A DNA stretch of 64,000 nucleotides from Epiperipatus broadwayi (GCA_028023455.1 JAQFVV010000007.1:19778001-19842000), one strand, 5' to 3'. Shown: positions 1 to 16,354, numbered from the stretch's first letter. Notes: generated from the sequence alone by a model not told the origin. A program made the numbers and translations.

Positions 1-21
1 TCTGCATGGATGCCATCTTGG

Positions 22-1120
<1,099 letters not shown>

Positions 1121-1194
<74 letters not shown>
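1121..1194. repeat. poly(C) tract, 74 nt (possible sequencing/assembly artefact)
   Basis: Pure C run between the LINE 5' end and a (CTA)n tract. Confidence 0.9.
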
Positions 1195-1416
<222 letters not shown>

Positions 1417-4250
1417 AAAGAAGAAGAAGAAATTGAAAGTGCATGAACTTTATAAACTTTTAACAAAATTATGTGAACTTTATAATATCTTGCGAAAATC
1501 TATGCAGAATTATTTAACAAAATCTAGAAACTCTCAGTTCAAGTTATATTCTGCTTATATAAAAGTCAGGTTAAAACAAGAGAATACATGTGTACTTTAT
1601 TATGCTATATTTTAAATTACTATGTAATGATAACTTTGTCTATTGTTTATGCTTATAAAAATAAAAATGTTTTATTAAAGAAATAAGTATGTGACTTACA
1701 AAGGATTAATTAATTACTACTATTTATTCAATGTATATGCTTAAGTTGAGTGGAAAGACATGGATATTGGATATTTCTCATTCTCCTCGATGCATGGGTT
1801 TATTATAAAACAAAATATTATTGCTTAAGGAATTGCGGATTACATGTGAACAATTAATTAGCAACTGACCACAAAATAATTATGTGTATGCTAACTTATA
1901 AATTATGGAAGCAAATGTTTTTTTCTTACAGAAACCTGTTAAACTACTGTTGAGTTAAATATTTCTAGAATTGCTTAAATGAGAAAGATTAAATTAATAC
2001 ATAGCTGAAACTATCTTTTCATATTTCTATTATTATAAAAATTTATTACTGCATGTGCTATATTAGTAAACTCAATTAGCTTTTGCTAAGAACATTGGAG
2101 ATTACTGAATTAAATTTAAATCGTAAACATTTGTCATATAGGAATTTGTTTTATGTTTCATGCTTTTATTAACAAGTACTCATTTGGAATCATCTTTGTT
2201 GTCTACATATGATTCAGTAAACTTTGGAAAAGAAACATTGCAAGTGAATTTTTCTTTTAAGTTAAAAGAAGAGTGACTTTTAGTTTTTATTTGTTGTTAT
2301 TGATATATCATAGCTAGCTAGATAGATTTATAATTATGTGTTTGCTTATTTAATTATGATAAGGCCTGAACTTCTAGACTATCACAGATTAGTGTATTTG
2401 GAAATTGCAAATATGCTGGTAAATTATTATTTAAATGGGATTTTTTTTATATGTAGAGGATACATTCATTTTTTTTGGTATTTTATTAAAGAGGGATTTA
2501 TTTTATATATTTTTTCTTTTATCTCAAAGCAATGGCTTTCAGAGTAGCTAGCATATGAAAGAAATATTGTGTCAGAAATAGTAAAACCTTGTTCATAATA
2601 ATTATTGCTATTTAAATTTTTAAAACAGCTGATAGTCTATTATAAGCTAAAAGTTTATATTTTCAATTTCCCATTTACTTTACCGCAATATTTGCATATC
2701 ATATAATTTGGAATTATTTTTCACACTCTTATTTATGCATATGTGTGTCTATCTTATGCAATTATTTAATTTAATTAGTAAATGTTCAGTTTTATAACTG
2801 TTTCTCTTTATTAATTTCGGATAATGTCGTATTCTAAAAGAATTGAAGGAATTAATGATTTACCTGTATATGTATTTATCTTTCAATGTATAGTATGAAA
2901 TGTATAGAGTAGCTATGAGAAAGAAAGTTATTTTTGATATGTTCTATGTTTTTTGGGCTGGGGGATTCTCTTTCTTAGTATATTTTTAAGTATTTGCCAT
3001 GAGTGATGTATTATAAAATGATAATTTATGAAGTTACGTGATATATTTCCCCATTGTTTTGTTGGTGAGACAAGTTCCACACCAACAGTGTATTTTGGAG
3101 CGAGGTAGTTGTCATTTGATTTATTAACCAAAAGAGATTAGTTATTCCTTATGTGCTAAGATTTTTCTTGAATGTCTATTTTTTTTTGTTACCATAGAAA
3201 CATAGCTGTATGTAATTTAGTTTAGATATTGGTCAGATTAAATTCTTTATTCAATATTAAAGTAGATATAGTGTTATGTTTGTTGGTTGGTCTATGACAT
3301 TGTCTGTAATAAAATACTTATTTAATAATGCATAAGTAAATTGACAATATGTAAAAATATTGATTTTTTTTAATTATAGCATAAGATGTGACACATACGT
3401 AAGGCAAATAATATCGCAAATATGAAAGTATAATACTGTTAAATTTATATATCGGGAAGTAAATATTTTGAATCATATCATATTAATTTATGCAAGCTTT
3501 AATCATCAAATCATCAGAATGATTTTTTTTTCTGAATGCTTGAAAAGTGTAGATATTTAAAGGGATTATTTAATTGAGCTATTTAAAGTTACTCTCTTGA
3601 CAGACAAATTCATTAAGTTGCTTTATCCTAATAATTAAGTGTGACCTCTCAAGCTTGTATATTGTGCCCATAATATGATATTTAATTTACCCAGTGTTGT
3701 TTGCTAACAATAAAGAAATGTTAGGGTTAATTAACAGCCCAAATGTATTTGAAGTCAGAGTATGAGGGCAATATTTATTTATTAATTTATATCTTGTAAG
3801 TATCTAGTCAATAAATAATGTGATGAAATATGTAACAAAAGAGATATTAAACTCATATTAGTAATGTATGTGTAAATCTAAGAATTAGGACAATAGTCCA
3901 ATGTGAGCTAATTATATTTATTCCAATTGCAAATGTAAATAAATGCTTTATTTATTATTTAAAACTTTGTCTCCAATTGTTCTTATATGCATTCGTATTC
4001 TAGTTTCCACATTCTACACATCTATTACAACATAAGTACATTAGTTTGTAAATTTAATAATAAATATACTTAAATCTGATAATATTGTTTTCTTGATGCA
4101 AACATTATATAAAATATTTTACCATTTAGTAAACTTATAAAAAGGTCACATACTTAGTTATTATTTAGACAATGATGTGAAATTAAAAAGTACCCCATTT
4201 TCTTCATTATCTAATTGCTAGTCCAGTGAAACATCATCCAATTCATTCCA

Positions 4251-4271
4251 TCATTATCATTATTATTATTA

Positions 4272-4369
<98 letters not shown>

Positions 4370-4463
4370 TTATTGTTAATGTTATTGTTTTGTTATTGTT
4401 TTTGTTATTGTTATTGTTGTTGTTGTTGTTATTGTTATTGTTATTATTATTATTATTATTATT
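4251..4463. repeat. compound (ATT)n/(GTT)n microsatellite
   Basis: Seen directly in the sequence. Confidence 0.95.
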
Positions 4464-4654
4464 AAAAAAATTTCATTCTATAACGGTTTAAAAAATATTG
4501 TCTTTCTAACAATTAAAATACAAATAAATAAATAAAATGAATTAAATTTAAAAATAGTTTAAACTGAAACAAATCTTATTATTATTATTTCAATTTTAAA
4601 TTGAATTTTTAAATATAGCAGAAAGTATTAAAATTAAAAAGAAGAATTTTGACT

Positions 4655-5830
4655 ATGGTTGGAACACATGTGTGGTTTATGTAAAGGACTTATATTTGGT
4701 AAGCAAGTAAGAATTAGATCCAATATATGTAATAAAAAATTTCATGAATCCTGTGTAAAACTCACTGTGACATTTCAACATAAAAATGAAGAAGAATTAA
4801 AATGTTATATATGTGAACAATATGATAAGGACTCAAATGTCAAAAACAAAATGGAAGATATTGGAACTACTTTAGTTGATTTAGAAAAACTAAAAAATTC
4901 AGTAGAACAAATATCATTAAAGAAAAATATTAATCTGGAAACTACAGAAGATAAAATATCTGATCAACTCAAACAAAATAAAGATTTTATACAATCAAAC
5001 ATTCAATTGTTAAACAAAAAAAAAACTGATCAAGTTAAACAAGATACTATAAAACAAAGAACAATATGTGCTCATTGTGACAATTTAATATATGAGAAAC
5101 AAGAAAGGATTTGTTGTAAAATATGTGAACAAAACATTCATGCTACTTGTTTTAAGAATTGTCATTTGGATTCTTCAATCAATTTAAGGGAAATATGTGG
5201 AATTTGTAAAAACATTATTACTCGTGAATTTCAGAAATATATTGAATGTAATGGTATTAGTGGTAATAAATTTCATTTAAAATGCGTTAATTTAAAAAAA
5301 AAGATTTACAATTATTAACCAAAAATGGGAAAAATTATTATAAATGTTTAAAATGCTCTTATAGTGATTTAATAAAACAACAAAATTTAAAAATATTCTC
5401 TAGTGAATCAATAAATATATCTAATGATTTATCTACTGATACAGAAATAAAACAAAGTGAAAGTTCAATTATGAAAGATAATGAACATTCTGATATAAGT
5501 TGTTGTGATAATAAAAATATTTAAAGGAAATACTGGCCAAATTAAATGATGTCAATAATTCTTTAATGCAAATTAAAGCTGAAAATAATTTTTTTAAATC
5601 ATTTATTTTGAAACATTTTGATAAAATAGAATTCAAGAGTGATGTTGTTACACTTGATAATGATCAAGTTACTTTGGAAACAAAAAAATGTCTTGTATCT
5701 ACAGAAAATAATTGTGAGATAATAAAGAAGAATATTTCCAATCAAGATAAGAAAGAAAATGATGGGAAAGATGATAACTATTTTTTAATTAAGAAAGTTA
5801 TTAAGCCTTTATATAAAGATATTTTAAATT
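4655..5830 (+). pseudogene. disrupted ORF with three PHD-type zinc fingers; probably LINE (CR1/L2-type) ORF1
   Basis: ORF 4659-5318 has repeated C-x2-C...C-x2-C-x4-H-x2-C...C-x2-C patterns (CGLC..ICNKKFHESC..CYIC; CAHC..CCKICEQNIHATC..CGIC; ECNGISGNKFHLKC). The ATG at 4655 is out of frame, and the frame breaks again after about 5300. The LINE ORF1 assignment is inferred from known PHD-bearing CR1/L2 ORF1s. Confidence 0.55.
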
Positions 5831-5879
5831 GATATTTGAGAAATTGTGCTATTATTCAAATGCAGACAAAAAAGAAATA

Positions 5880-6290
5880 GAACATCACCAGCATTTTAAT
5901 AAAATGATGAATAATAAGCCATTAAATGCCAAATAGGAAATCAAGAAAATTTAAATCTGTTATAAATTGCCATGCAAGGTGTTCTGGCAAAATTAATAGT
6001 GCCACTTGACTGAAGAGCTACTGTCTCAGCCCTGAAAGGGTGATGACTTAATCTACTTACCTGTATAATGTCTAAAGAAACAGCAAATGTCCTACACTAA
6101 ATGTCTAAATGGATTGAGGATAAAAGCTACTGCAGAAAATGGATGTAATATTATTTCCAGTGCATTGTCAAGGAATTCCAACAAGTGATAAATAATTTAC
6201 CAGAGAGTGTTCTGAAGAAAGACTATCCACAAAAGAGATTATTGCCAAACTCATGGATATTTACCAAGATGACCTAATGAAAGTTCTGAT
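5880..6290 (+). repeat. dispersed repeat, copy 1 (decayed coding-like, possibly a LINE RT C-terminus)
   Basis: Aligns by eye with 10650-11070; shared blocks include CAAATGTCCTACACTAAATGTCTAAATGGATTGAGGA and AAAAGAGATTATTGCCAAACTCATGGA. Confidence 0.8.
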
Positions 6291-7899
6291 TTAATTAAGT
6301 ATGTATATATATGTTTGTAAAATTCTAGTTTTATTTTATTTCCACACTTGGGAGTGAGTCTACAAGTTGGGAGAGTCCATTATGAGTGAAAGCATCAAAA
6401 TTAAAGGGGAAAACTAAGTTAGATATAACTTTTCTTTATGTTAAATAAAGTTTACATCAATTTTCCCTCCATAGCAACTTGATATTCATTATCATCATGA
6501 TATGGAATAAAGTAAGATCTTTGAGATTATTCCACATTAAGCACATTCACTTATTACGAAACAAAATTCATGATTTTGTTTGTTGATAACTAACAATTGT
6601 TTATATTTTTTGGTATAAATGATAATCTTCTTGTATGCATGTCAGGGAACCATACATAGATAAGGGGTTCCCAAAAAGATTGAATTGGAAAATGAGGCTA
6701 CTACAGATATACCTGTATAATATTGTAAATTAGCTTGCTAGCTTTATGGTCGATTTAATAATAATTTTTTTTATTTGTTTTGTAAATAATTACTGCCATG
6801 TAATGTCTCTTTAGCATGGGTAAGGGTTTGGAGTAATGAACACATTTAATTATTGATATGGTAGAAATACATCCTGGACCCACACAATTATATTGTTTCA
6901 TCATGTTAAAATTTTCATTTTTTTTTTGTTTTATTTCATAAATGTTGTCAATTTGATTTATATTAAAATGCTCTCTAGTTTATCAAAATCACCTTCATCA
7001 ACTGATAACTGAGTATACACACACACACCTTTCACTCATATAATAACATGATAATATGCTTGGATAAATCTTTAAATCAACTGGAACCTATATAGAGGTG
7101 CAACAGTTGCTATGTAGTGTATGTTCAACCCTGAAGAAAGCCAAAAACAGATTTCTCCCTGAGTTCAAATGCTGAGGCATAATACAGCCCAAAGGAAGGG
7201 TGAGGTATGAATGAAGTAGCCCAAACTGTGTCTAAATTTAATGTGTAAACATAGAGCTAGCCCATTGGAGGTAGGCACAATCATAGGCTAAGCACTTCAT
7301 CACATCATTAATAGAATCCTACCAGAAGGCCTAGGTTTGACCATAGTGAGATGTGTTTCCCCTCTTTTATGGTAAATCCCTGGCCTGTCATATTTGGCAC
7401 CCAATGGGAGCATGAAACAGGAAGTTTCTAAGAAGATTTAGCCATTGGACTGGTAAATAAAAAAAAGTTTTTTCTTTGAACTTTTTTTTTCTATCAAGCT
7501 TCCACAGTATACAGCTCTGATGAATTTGCCTTAATAGCAACCAATTGATATACCCCATCATATCAGAGTGAGACTCCTGAATTTAAACCATTTATAAGTA
7601 AATATGTCAAAAAACATAAACCTTGTGTGAAACATTGAATACAAGGTAACTGATGAGAATGAAATGATAAACTGAGACCAATAAATAATTAATTAATAAA
7701 CCAAATTAAAATAGATGAGTTAGGCAGATAAAATGACAGGCTAAAAAGTAGGCATTAAAAACAACATATACACAAAAAATAGATAAAAGATAAACATAAG
7801 CACTGAATGGTAAGGAGTAGCAGAAGGTCCTATAACATATATTTATTTATATCTTGAAAAAAAAAAGAAATAACTATATTTAACTATTGAAAGGAGATT

Positions 7900-10500
7900 T
7901 GATGATAATCAGATATGGAAAACAATTATCAAGCATAAATATGAAACATTCTGAGGAATCACAAAGTAGTAGTAGTAGTGAGGTGGAAGCTGCTATTATT
8001 ATCAGTGGGTAAGGGTCTTCATGAATGGGTCTATGACAGGTAAATCACCATTCAGATGTACATCTTATGGATTGAGTGACACCTTAAACACAAGGAGTCC
8101 TCTACAATGAGATGGCTCAAGTACACAAGATTGAAATAACACAGGCTACAAGAAGTCAGATGACCATGGAACAAATGCTCTAAGGGATTATGAAAATGAA
8201 CCAGAGCATGAAGGAAGAAATGAATCAGAGTATGAACAATAATGTGAACAGCATAATAAGTGAACAGTATGAAAGAAGAAATGAGTAATAGGGTGAACAT
8301 ATGGAGGAGAATTTAAAAGCAAATATAAATGATGTTAGAGCACATTTAAAAATAAAAAGAAAAGATATAGAAACTAGACTGTCCATTGACATGGAACAAT
8401 TGTCAATAACCTAAGCAGTATCCAAAAAAACAACACTGAAATAAAATAAGCACTAGGTGAGATGAAAAAAGGAATAGATGAGAAGGATGTGCAATGCCAA
8501 TGCCAATTTGAGGAGTTCAAGTACAGCATTGTTAGTTAAACATTACGTGTGATGAGGTATATAGGAGCTAGGAGATTTTTAGGAACAAGGTAAGCATAGA
8601 CAGGAGAAGCTCCAGTCAAGGTCAAGAGAGAGTTCCAGAACATCCACTCAAAGATGGACCAACTCTGTACATGGCAAAACACTGAAACATGCATGACAAG
8701 ACATTAGAGATCCTCAATCATAATATCAAACATCTCAAGGACACAGGCCTCAACAGAAACCAAAGTAATCTTGGTCAAGGCAACTTTGAAGAAACTGGTG
8801 GAAAATGTGACAGAGAAACTGGTGGAAAATGTGACAGACACATGATCAGATCACCTGGATGAATGAAGCCATCAACCAGAGATTTATAGTGATCAAATTA
8901 CAGCTCTGTCAAAGGATGCAAGCCATGAAGATGCAGAAGACTGAAATAGACCACAGTATTCAGATTAATAAGGAGAGATGGAAAGACACAAGAAACAATC
9001 CAGAGATCACCTTCAAAGACCCAAATAGAATGAGTGACCAGTGTCAGGAACCCAAAATGTACTCCTGTTACAAGGTTTTCAAATACAGTGACAGCCTTTA
9101 GAGCAGATCAGTATCAGTTTAAAAGACTGCCATGGAAGAAAACTGTCATGACCACCACATTTGTTTATGAAGGTCAGATGAAGACAATTTGCCTGACCAT
9201 CTTAGATGTCTGATAGGGCACTTAAAATCCCTCCACCATGTAAAAGATGATCCAAATAGGGAAGCTATTAGATCATGATAATGAGTGCCACACCACAAAC
9301 CACCAAATGATTTTACCTGGAACACATAAACTGAACAACCCCAAAGAAATAAACCCAAATATAATGTTTTCTAAAAAAAGGAAAAAACAACCGAATATGA
9401 TGCAGACGCAAGGAAAAAATATTGAAAAGCAAGTAGGGCATGGATAGATATACCTACATGTTTCACTAAACCACAGCTTATGGCCATGCAACCCAACATA
9501 TGATATAGGCCATCCAAGCAACCCATGAGTGCCATGAAAGCATCCAAGTACCAACCCACAGTTAAACATACTTAAAACAACATAAAAAGAATACATCAAC
9601 AGCATATAAACACCTCATGGATAAGGCTGAGCAGATGAATAAAAACAAGAAGAGAAGTACACACAATTTTAAGATAGGAATATGTTTTTATAAAACACCC
9701 CAACTGAATAGGCAGCAGGAAAATAAATACCAAACATTTTACAACACATACAGGACCATTCACTATTGTGAAGCAATCAGGTCAAAAAATGTTTTGGATA
9801 GATATAGAAGGAGTTTAGGAGTGCATATAACACCCACATTTTGAGTCCATATTTTGGTCAATCTGAGTGACCACATAAGTAACATACTTAGCTTATATGC
9901 AAGTTAAAAAATAGAAGCTTTAGTTGAAATAAGAAAGAAAAGGGGGATAACATCAAAAAAAATGAATAGGGTCATTAATTTGTGATGAGGGTATACCAAC
10001 ATAAGCATTCAAAAGCAATTACTGGGATACTTTAGACCTAACCAAAACACAAAATGATGGACACTCCAATGTTTCATTTAGATCTTTAAAAAATTCAATA
10101 AGTCTCAAAAGGGAGCAGGATAAAGGCTAATGAGTTAAACTATATGCCATCTGCAATAGAGACACATTACTGGTTGAATTCAGGCCATATGATCATCAAA
10201 AAATGATACCCATATATAAATCTCACTTTAATGTAGTTAATTATGTAGGAACATGGGTATAGTTGAGGAAGTATCAGAAAATATGATGAGTAGGCTTTGT
10301 AACCCTTTTTTTTAAAAAAAAGAGACAATCCAAAGGGTAAATGAATGCATACACTACTTAAGTGTTAAAATTTTGATTATATCATAAAATTTGAACCCTG
10401 TAAGGATAAAGAAATGGTAATGGTAGCTTACAATTCTATCAAAACCAGCCTTTATTTATCCACACCACCAAACCAAACCCATTCAAAACATAAACTTAAC
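7900..10500 (+). mobile_element. heavily decayed gypsy-like internal region (coiled-coil gag, protease and RT N-terminal remnants)
   Basis: Purine-rich coiled-coil-like stretch at 8150-8350, an IEALVE protease-like motif near 9910, and GIVEEVS..KKRDN-like RT N-terminal remnants at about 10250-10340; many stops and frameshifts. Confidence 0.4.
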
Positions 10501-10570
10501 TAATTGGTAGTTGAATATGCACTATCTTGTCTTTTAAGCATATTATATATATATATATATATAATATGCT

Positions 10571-10618
<48 letters not shown>

Positions 10619-10649
10619 GGTTTGCATTGTTAAATACCAACTTAAACAA

Positions 10650-11070
10650 AGGTCACCACCATTTAAATAAAATGATGAAGTAACTTTTTATAAGCCATTA
10701 AAGGTCAAATAGCATATCAAGAAAAGTTAAATTGGTTATCAACTGCTGTGCCTTGTATTCTGTCTAAATTAACAGTGGCATGGGACTGAAGTGCTACTGT
10801 CTTAACCCTGGAAGTGCGATGACTTAATTTACTTACTTGTATAATGGCTAAAGAAACACCAAATGTCCTACACTAAATGTCTAAATGGATTGAGGAGAGC
10901 AACTGCAAAAAATGGATGTATTATTATTTCTAGCACATTGCCAATGAATTTTCAATGAGTGGTGAATAATTTTCCAAAGGAGAGTGACCTGAAGAGAGAT
11001 AGACTGTATCCATAAAAGAGATTATTGCCAAACTCATGGACATTAACCAAGATGACCTAATGAAGATTTT
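10650..11070 (+). repeat. dispersed repeat, copy 2 (same family as 5880-6290)
   Basis: See copy 1. Confidence 0.8.
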
Positions 11071-14000
11071 GATAGCTTAAAATAATTAGTAATGTATTTT
11101 CAAAGTTAATAGTATTATTGTAATCAAAATTTATTTTCTAAAATGTTTTTAGAAAGCTAATATTAATCTTAAGTTTGAAAACTAAGTTCAACCCTTACAT
11201 TTAGGTTTGCTAATAATTAAATTGGATTTATAATGTATTAATCTAATATCAATTTTAGCACAGAATATTACAATTAAATATTTAGAGTTATTTACTCACA
11301 AAAGATGAAATTTAAAGTAGTAGATAAATGAATGCCTGTATGAATGAATAAACATAGGATTTAATTTTAACATTTATTTAGTTTAAAGTACTTGTTAAAT
11401 GTATCATTTTAAAAGGCAATTTAAAATATATTCTGACAAACATTTATTGGTTAAAATTAATGGTAAATAAATTAAATATTATGGGTAATATTTATTTTAT
11501 TTAAGCAATGTAAATTTAAGTAATATTTTATTCTTGTATTTATATTTGTAAGTAATTATTGTAATAAGAATTATCTTCCTTGTTTTCAATGGAACATGGA
11601 TTCTAACCAATAAAAGAAAGAGGGCATAGATTTAAATATCAATAGTCAGTGTTTTAAAGTGGTCACCTGGACCAATATATATATGGGTGAAATTAATACC
11701 TACACACATACTTCATTTTGACCTTTTACACTTTACTTCTTCACTTTATTTATATTTAATATTTTTGTTTATTGCATTTGTATTTTAAAACTTCATTTTT
11801 AATAAGTGTAAATTTATTTAAATATTTTTATTTTTTTAACTTAAAGTAATGTTAGGGTAGAACTTATCATGGCATAGTATCTAAATAGGATTTTAAGGGA
11901 CAAAAAATCTCCATTCCAGCAAATATTATTGATAAAATTTGTTAATTGTTACAATGTTTAACTTACTTTAATTTAAATTTTGTGCATTGATAAATTTTAA
12001 TAGACATTATTATTATCACTATGGTAATACATAAACTATTATTAATTTCAAAATATATTTAAAAATTTCTCTAATATTTAAATTTGTTAAAAATACTGGA
12101 AATTATCAGCAGCAACCATATTTTTAAATATCTTGAATAACTTTATGTTTTTACTAAAAATACTCATTCATATACCAGTATCTGAAATTAATTTACAGTA
12201 TGTAAAGAACTTTAAAATTTCATTTAATAAAAACTTATTTATGATGGGTATAGTTCATCAATTGTCTATAAAATCATTCTCATATCTACAAGAAAAAAAA
12301 ATTTGACGTCATTAATAATGTACTGCTAAAATAGACTGTTGTTTTTGGCTGTTAATATAACAACATGGTGTCCACTGCTCGCTACAGAATTAAAGAAGTT
12401 TCATTTGTTATGCCTATTTTCACTCAGAGGAAAAGAATCATTTTCTTGGATCCAGAAAAGACAAAAATGATGGGCATATTTTTTAAATATTGTGAAACAT
12501 TAGAATAAATGACTTATGTTAAAAATGAAAATATAAGATAGTTCTGAAAAGTAATAGCATATTTAAATTGAATTTCAAAGAACTTTTTCTGAATTAAGTA
12601 TAACACTCTGCATACTCTTTTTTTTCTCATTGTTGTTATGAAAACTGTTATATTTTAAAATACAATATTTGAAAAGAAAGGGGTATTTTTCCTGCTTAAT
12701 ACTATTTTTGTTGTTAATTAATAAAATGTTTTAAAGAATTATGTTTTGAATGTCTCAACTGATTATAAAAAATATTTTATTGCAATTTAATAAATATTAT
12801 TATTTAATTCAGGGAAACCTGCTCAATGAATGGCCATATTTATTTACTTTGCTAGCATCATTTATTTTCAATCTTATTTAAAAATAATTATGAAGCACTT
12901 TTATATTTTAATTACATTATATTTGTGTGTTGAATATCTTTACTATCCATAGAACTTTATTGCATATAAGACTGTTCCCATTTCTGTTAATGAAAGAAAA
13001 ACAAAAGAAACAGAAGGACTTTATTTTTTATATTTATTTAAAATGATAAAAGGATTAATGTTTTATTTATGTTTATGATTTTGCATATAATCTTTTTATT
13101 CAGATGCATATTATTTTACATGTTTTATATGCTGTTTTAAGAAATAACTTTTGAATGAAAATTCTCCAAATATCACTGTACATTTGCATATTTTAAAATA
13201 GTATGTGTTGTTTTTATACAAATTATTTATTTATCAAAGGTATATTATGTTGAATGCAACATAAATAGATGTATGTTTTACCTATTATTTTATTTTATTT
13301 CTTGTTTATTGCCTAATTTTAACTAAACTATGTTTTGCATTAAGTATTACTTATCAACTTTCACATCCATTAATTATAGTATTTTTGCTTAGACATTGTA
13401 TTTTTAGTTTCTCTCTTTATTTAGCAATGCTTATTTTGCCAGTATTGTTAGAGAAGATATTTTGTATGAATTTTATTGATATTATTATATCCAAAGCAGA
13501 TGATGCTTTATTAAGACAACCCTAATTAATATTTTGTCCCTGGTCTGCATTCTCATCATTTCTTGATTAGTGATAAAGTCCTAGATTATTTTATACCTGC
13601 TCTGAAAGATAGGTGCATTTATTTACGAGCTATGCCATCATATATTAACTTTGCATTTTCTCACTTATTTCAATATGAATTCAGTTTGTTGTTGGTAATG
13701 CATTTTGTAAAGCATGTGTAATATTTTATAATGGCTTTATTTTGGCAAGTAAGTTGTTTATATCTAAGCATTAAGAATTGCCACTCTTACCTGTTGGAAC
13801 ATTCTTGGTTTATTTACATGTGTATTATATATTGTTGATGTATGGATCTTGTATTTAAGCTTTGCTAGGACCTAAAAAATGATTGCTGAATTGGTAAGCT
13901 TGTATTATTAAGTAATGTTAAATATTCATAAAAGGGATACAATTTGTAAAAAGGATACTATCATTATGATAATGCTTTTAAAGTAATAGAATGTTTATTT

Positions 14001-16311
14001 TGCCCTCTTAGATAATTTTTACTTAGACAAATTTATTTATTTTTTATAAATCCATTTGTAATTTTAACTTTCTGAGTAATGTTTGTGAACACCCTTGGCT
14101 TTGTGGACTTAAAAAATATATTATATTTGTGATTTGCTATTATTTGATTTCCTGTGAAATAAATATTTGTTTTTCTTATTAGAAATTTCTTATAATCATT
14201 TTTCCACATCATCCACTCATTAACCAGAAATCTAAATAATTGTAAGAGTATAATAACTTATCTTAAATGTTTTGTTTTGAGAGTACATGAGCATTGAAAT
14301 TAATATAAAAATCACTTTAGTATTAGGATTACATCTAAGAAAGATGTATTTTGCTTAATAAAAATTGCAATTGAGCATTATTATTTGAAGTCACTTCAGC
14401 CAATTTAGTTTGCTTATTAAAAGATCATCAGGTTTATTTATTATAAAATTATCTCCCATAAATATTAAACTATATGTGTTATGCCATAATTAATTTAGAT
14501 TATGAAAGGACTTAGTTAAAATTTAAAAGATATTTAAGTAGATTTATTCTATGATATTTAGAATGCTTATAAAATCTCTTACTCATCCTTAATATCTGAA
14601 TGTCATCCTAGGAATTTATTATTTATCTTATTCTGAATTAAGAGATCATGTTGTGTTTTACTTTAAATTAATATTATTAATATAATTGTGATAAGACATT
14701 AACTTAGGGGTAAGTATATGTTTTAATTTTATTTACTAGGGTTTCATTGTATGTTGAATAGATCTTAAAAGTCAACGGTAATTTATTTTATGATTTAAAT
14801 CAATCATATTATCGTGGGATACTCTAATTTGTTTTATGGACCATATTATTTAATTTATTTTGCTAAAAAAGAAATTATGTTTGTAAAGATTAATCTTTTG
14901 TGGCAAAGATTTAAGATAACACTTCCTTATTTTATGAAATTAAATATGTTTTATCTGATCATAGCAATGAGATACTTAAGATATGAATAAGAAAGATGTA
15001 ATGGTAGTAGATGTTTGTAAGAGAAGGATTTTAAATATGACCTTAATGGTCTATGCTTGCAATACCAGGAGTCTAGTATTTGTACTAGAATGAGTCAAGA
15101 GTTCTTCATTTGTTTAAATATTGCTTTGTATTTTAATGATACTTTATTGTAATTGCTTACCTCTGTTTCTCATTTTTTTGTGGCCTACAGCATTTTTCCT
15201 AAACTTGCTGAGCTTGGCTTATAATATATTTCTTTATTAACCGCAATTTACTAGGTTACAATTTGGCCTGCTCAACATGTTGCCCATCAATCGACTGGAA
15301 GTACTGATCGATTGTCCTGGATACACATTGTGGATATTTCATCAATTTGTTTCTTTATTTGTGGTGGATATATTGCTAATATTTTTTTCAAGATATCTAT
15401 TAAAATTAACTTTTTTATTTTGGGACTGAGTTGCCTCAAAATCTGCACAAGTGGATTCCAAAAGTTTAAAACCTGATTTGTTTAGACAATTTAAAATAGA
15501 TCATGGAAAATCATTATTTACTGAAACAAATAATGTCTTTGTATTCCATCTGCCTGAGTGAAATGTTCTTCTTTTCTGACAATGCACATTAGCTTAAGTC
15601 TATTTATTTTAAAACTTAACAACCTTCTCACTTTTTATTTTCACATCTCTATTGGCTGCCATAGAAATTAAAATCACAATAAATATATAAGTATTGAAAA
15701 TTATATTCTCTAAGACTAATTAGAATAGAAAAATCCAACTGCATTAAAAAGTGTTTGAACATTTATTTAGATATTATTTATCAGAATAGAGATTACATTA
15801 TTTGAATAATGCAAAACTCTATATTTGATAATTATCTCTTTTATAAATTTGAACATCTAACAGTCAATATGAAATTCTTTTTAATTATATGTTCTTTGTG
15901 CTTCATTTCTATATAATTATTATTATCAGACTGCAAGGAAAAAATTAAACTTTCTTTTCATATAAAGTTTTCATTATTGAGTATGATTAGTTTTTACAAC
16001 TAAAAAGATTCTATTCTATATTGTATTAGTTTACTTTTCCTATACAATTGTAATTGATATAATTGTTTAAAAGTACTGAATATGAAAATCTTAACAATAA
16101 AAAGTTTTATTATAGTATGCTGAGCAGTGATCTTACTCTTAATATTAAATCATTAAACATCACATGATCACTATTCTTTATGCTTATAAAAGCTGTTTAC
16201 ACAAAGGCAAAATGCAATATACAATAGCACCACCCAGTACAAGCCAGAGTAAGCAATGGATGCAGAAAGTTTTATGCATAAAATCCATTTCTAGTGCCTA
16301 CTCATCCAATA

Positions 16312-16354
16312 TCTCCAGACTAGTATCTGGTTTGTGGCTTTTATCAGTGAGAAA
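16312..16354 (-). ncRNA. degenerate type I hammerhead motif (family A, left arm)
   Basis: Minus strand reads TTCTCA CTGATAA AAGCCACAAACCA GATAC TA GTC TGGAGA; the family consensus is TTCTCA CTGATGA AAGC CACAA GCYA GAAAC TA GTC TGGGAA. Confidence 0.55.

Noticed and set aside
11100-16100. Scattered RT-like remnants (for example MGNMLS near 15270, minus strand)
   Set aside because: Motif spacing is inconsistent with a single element, and boundaries could not be defined.
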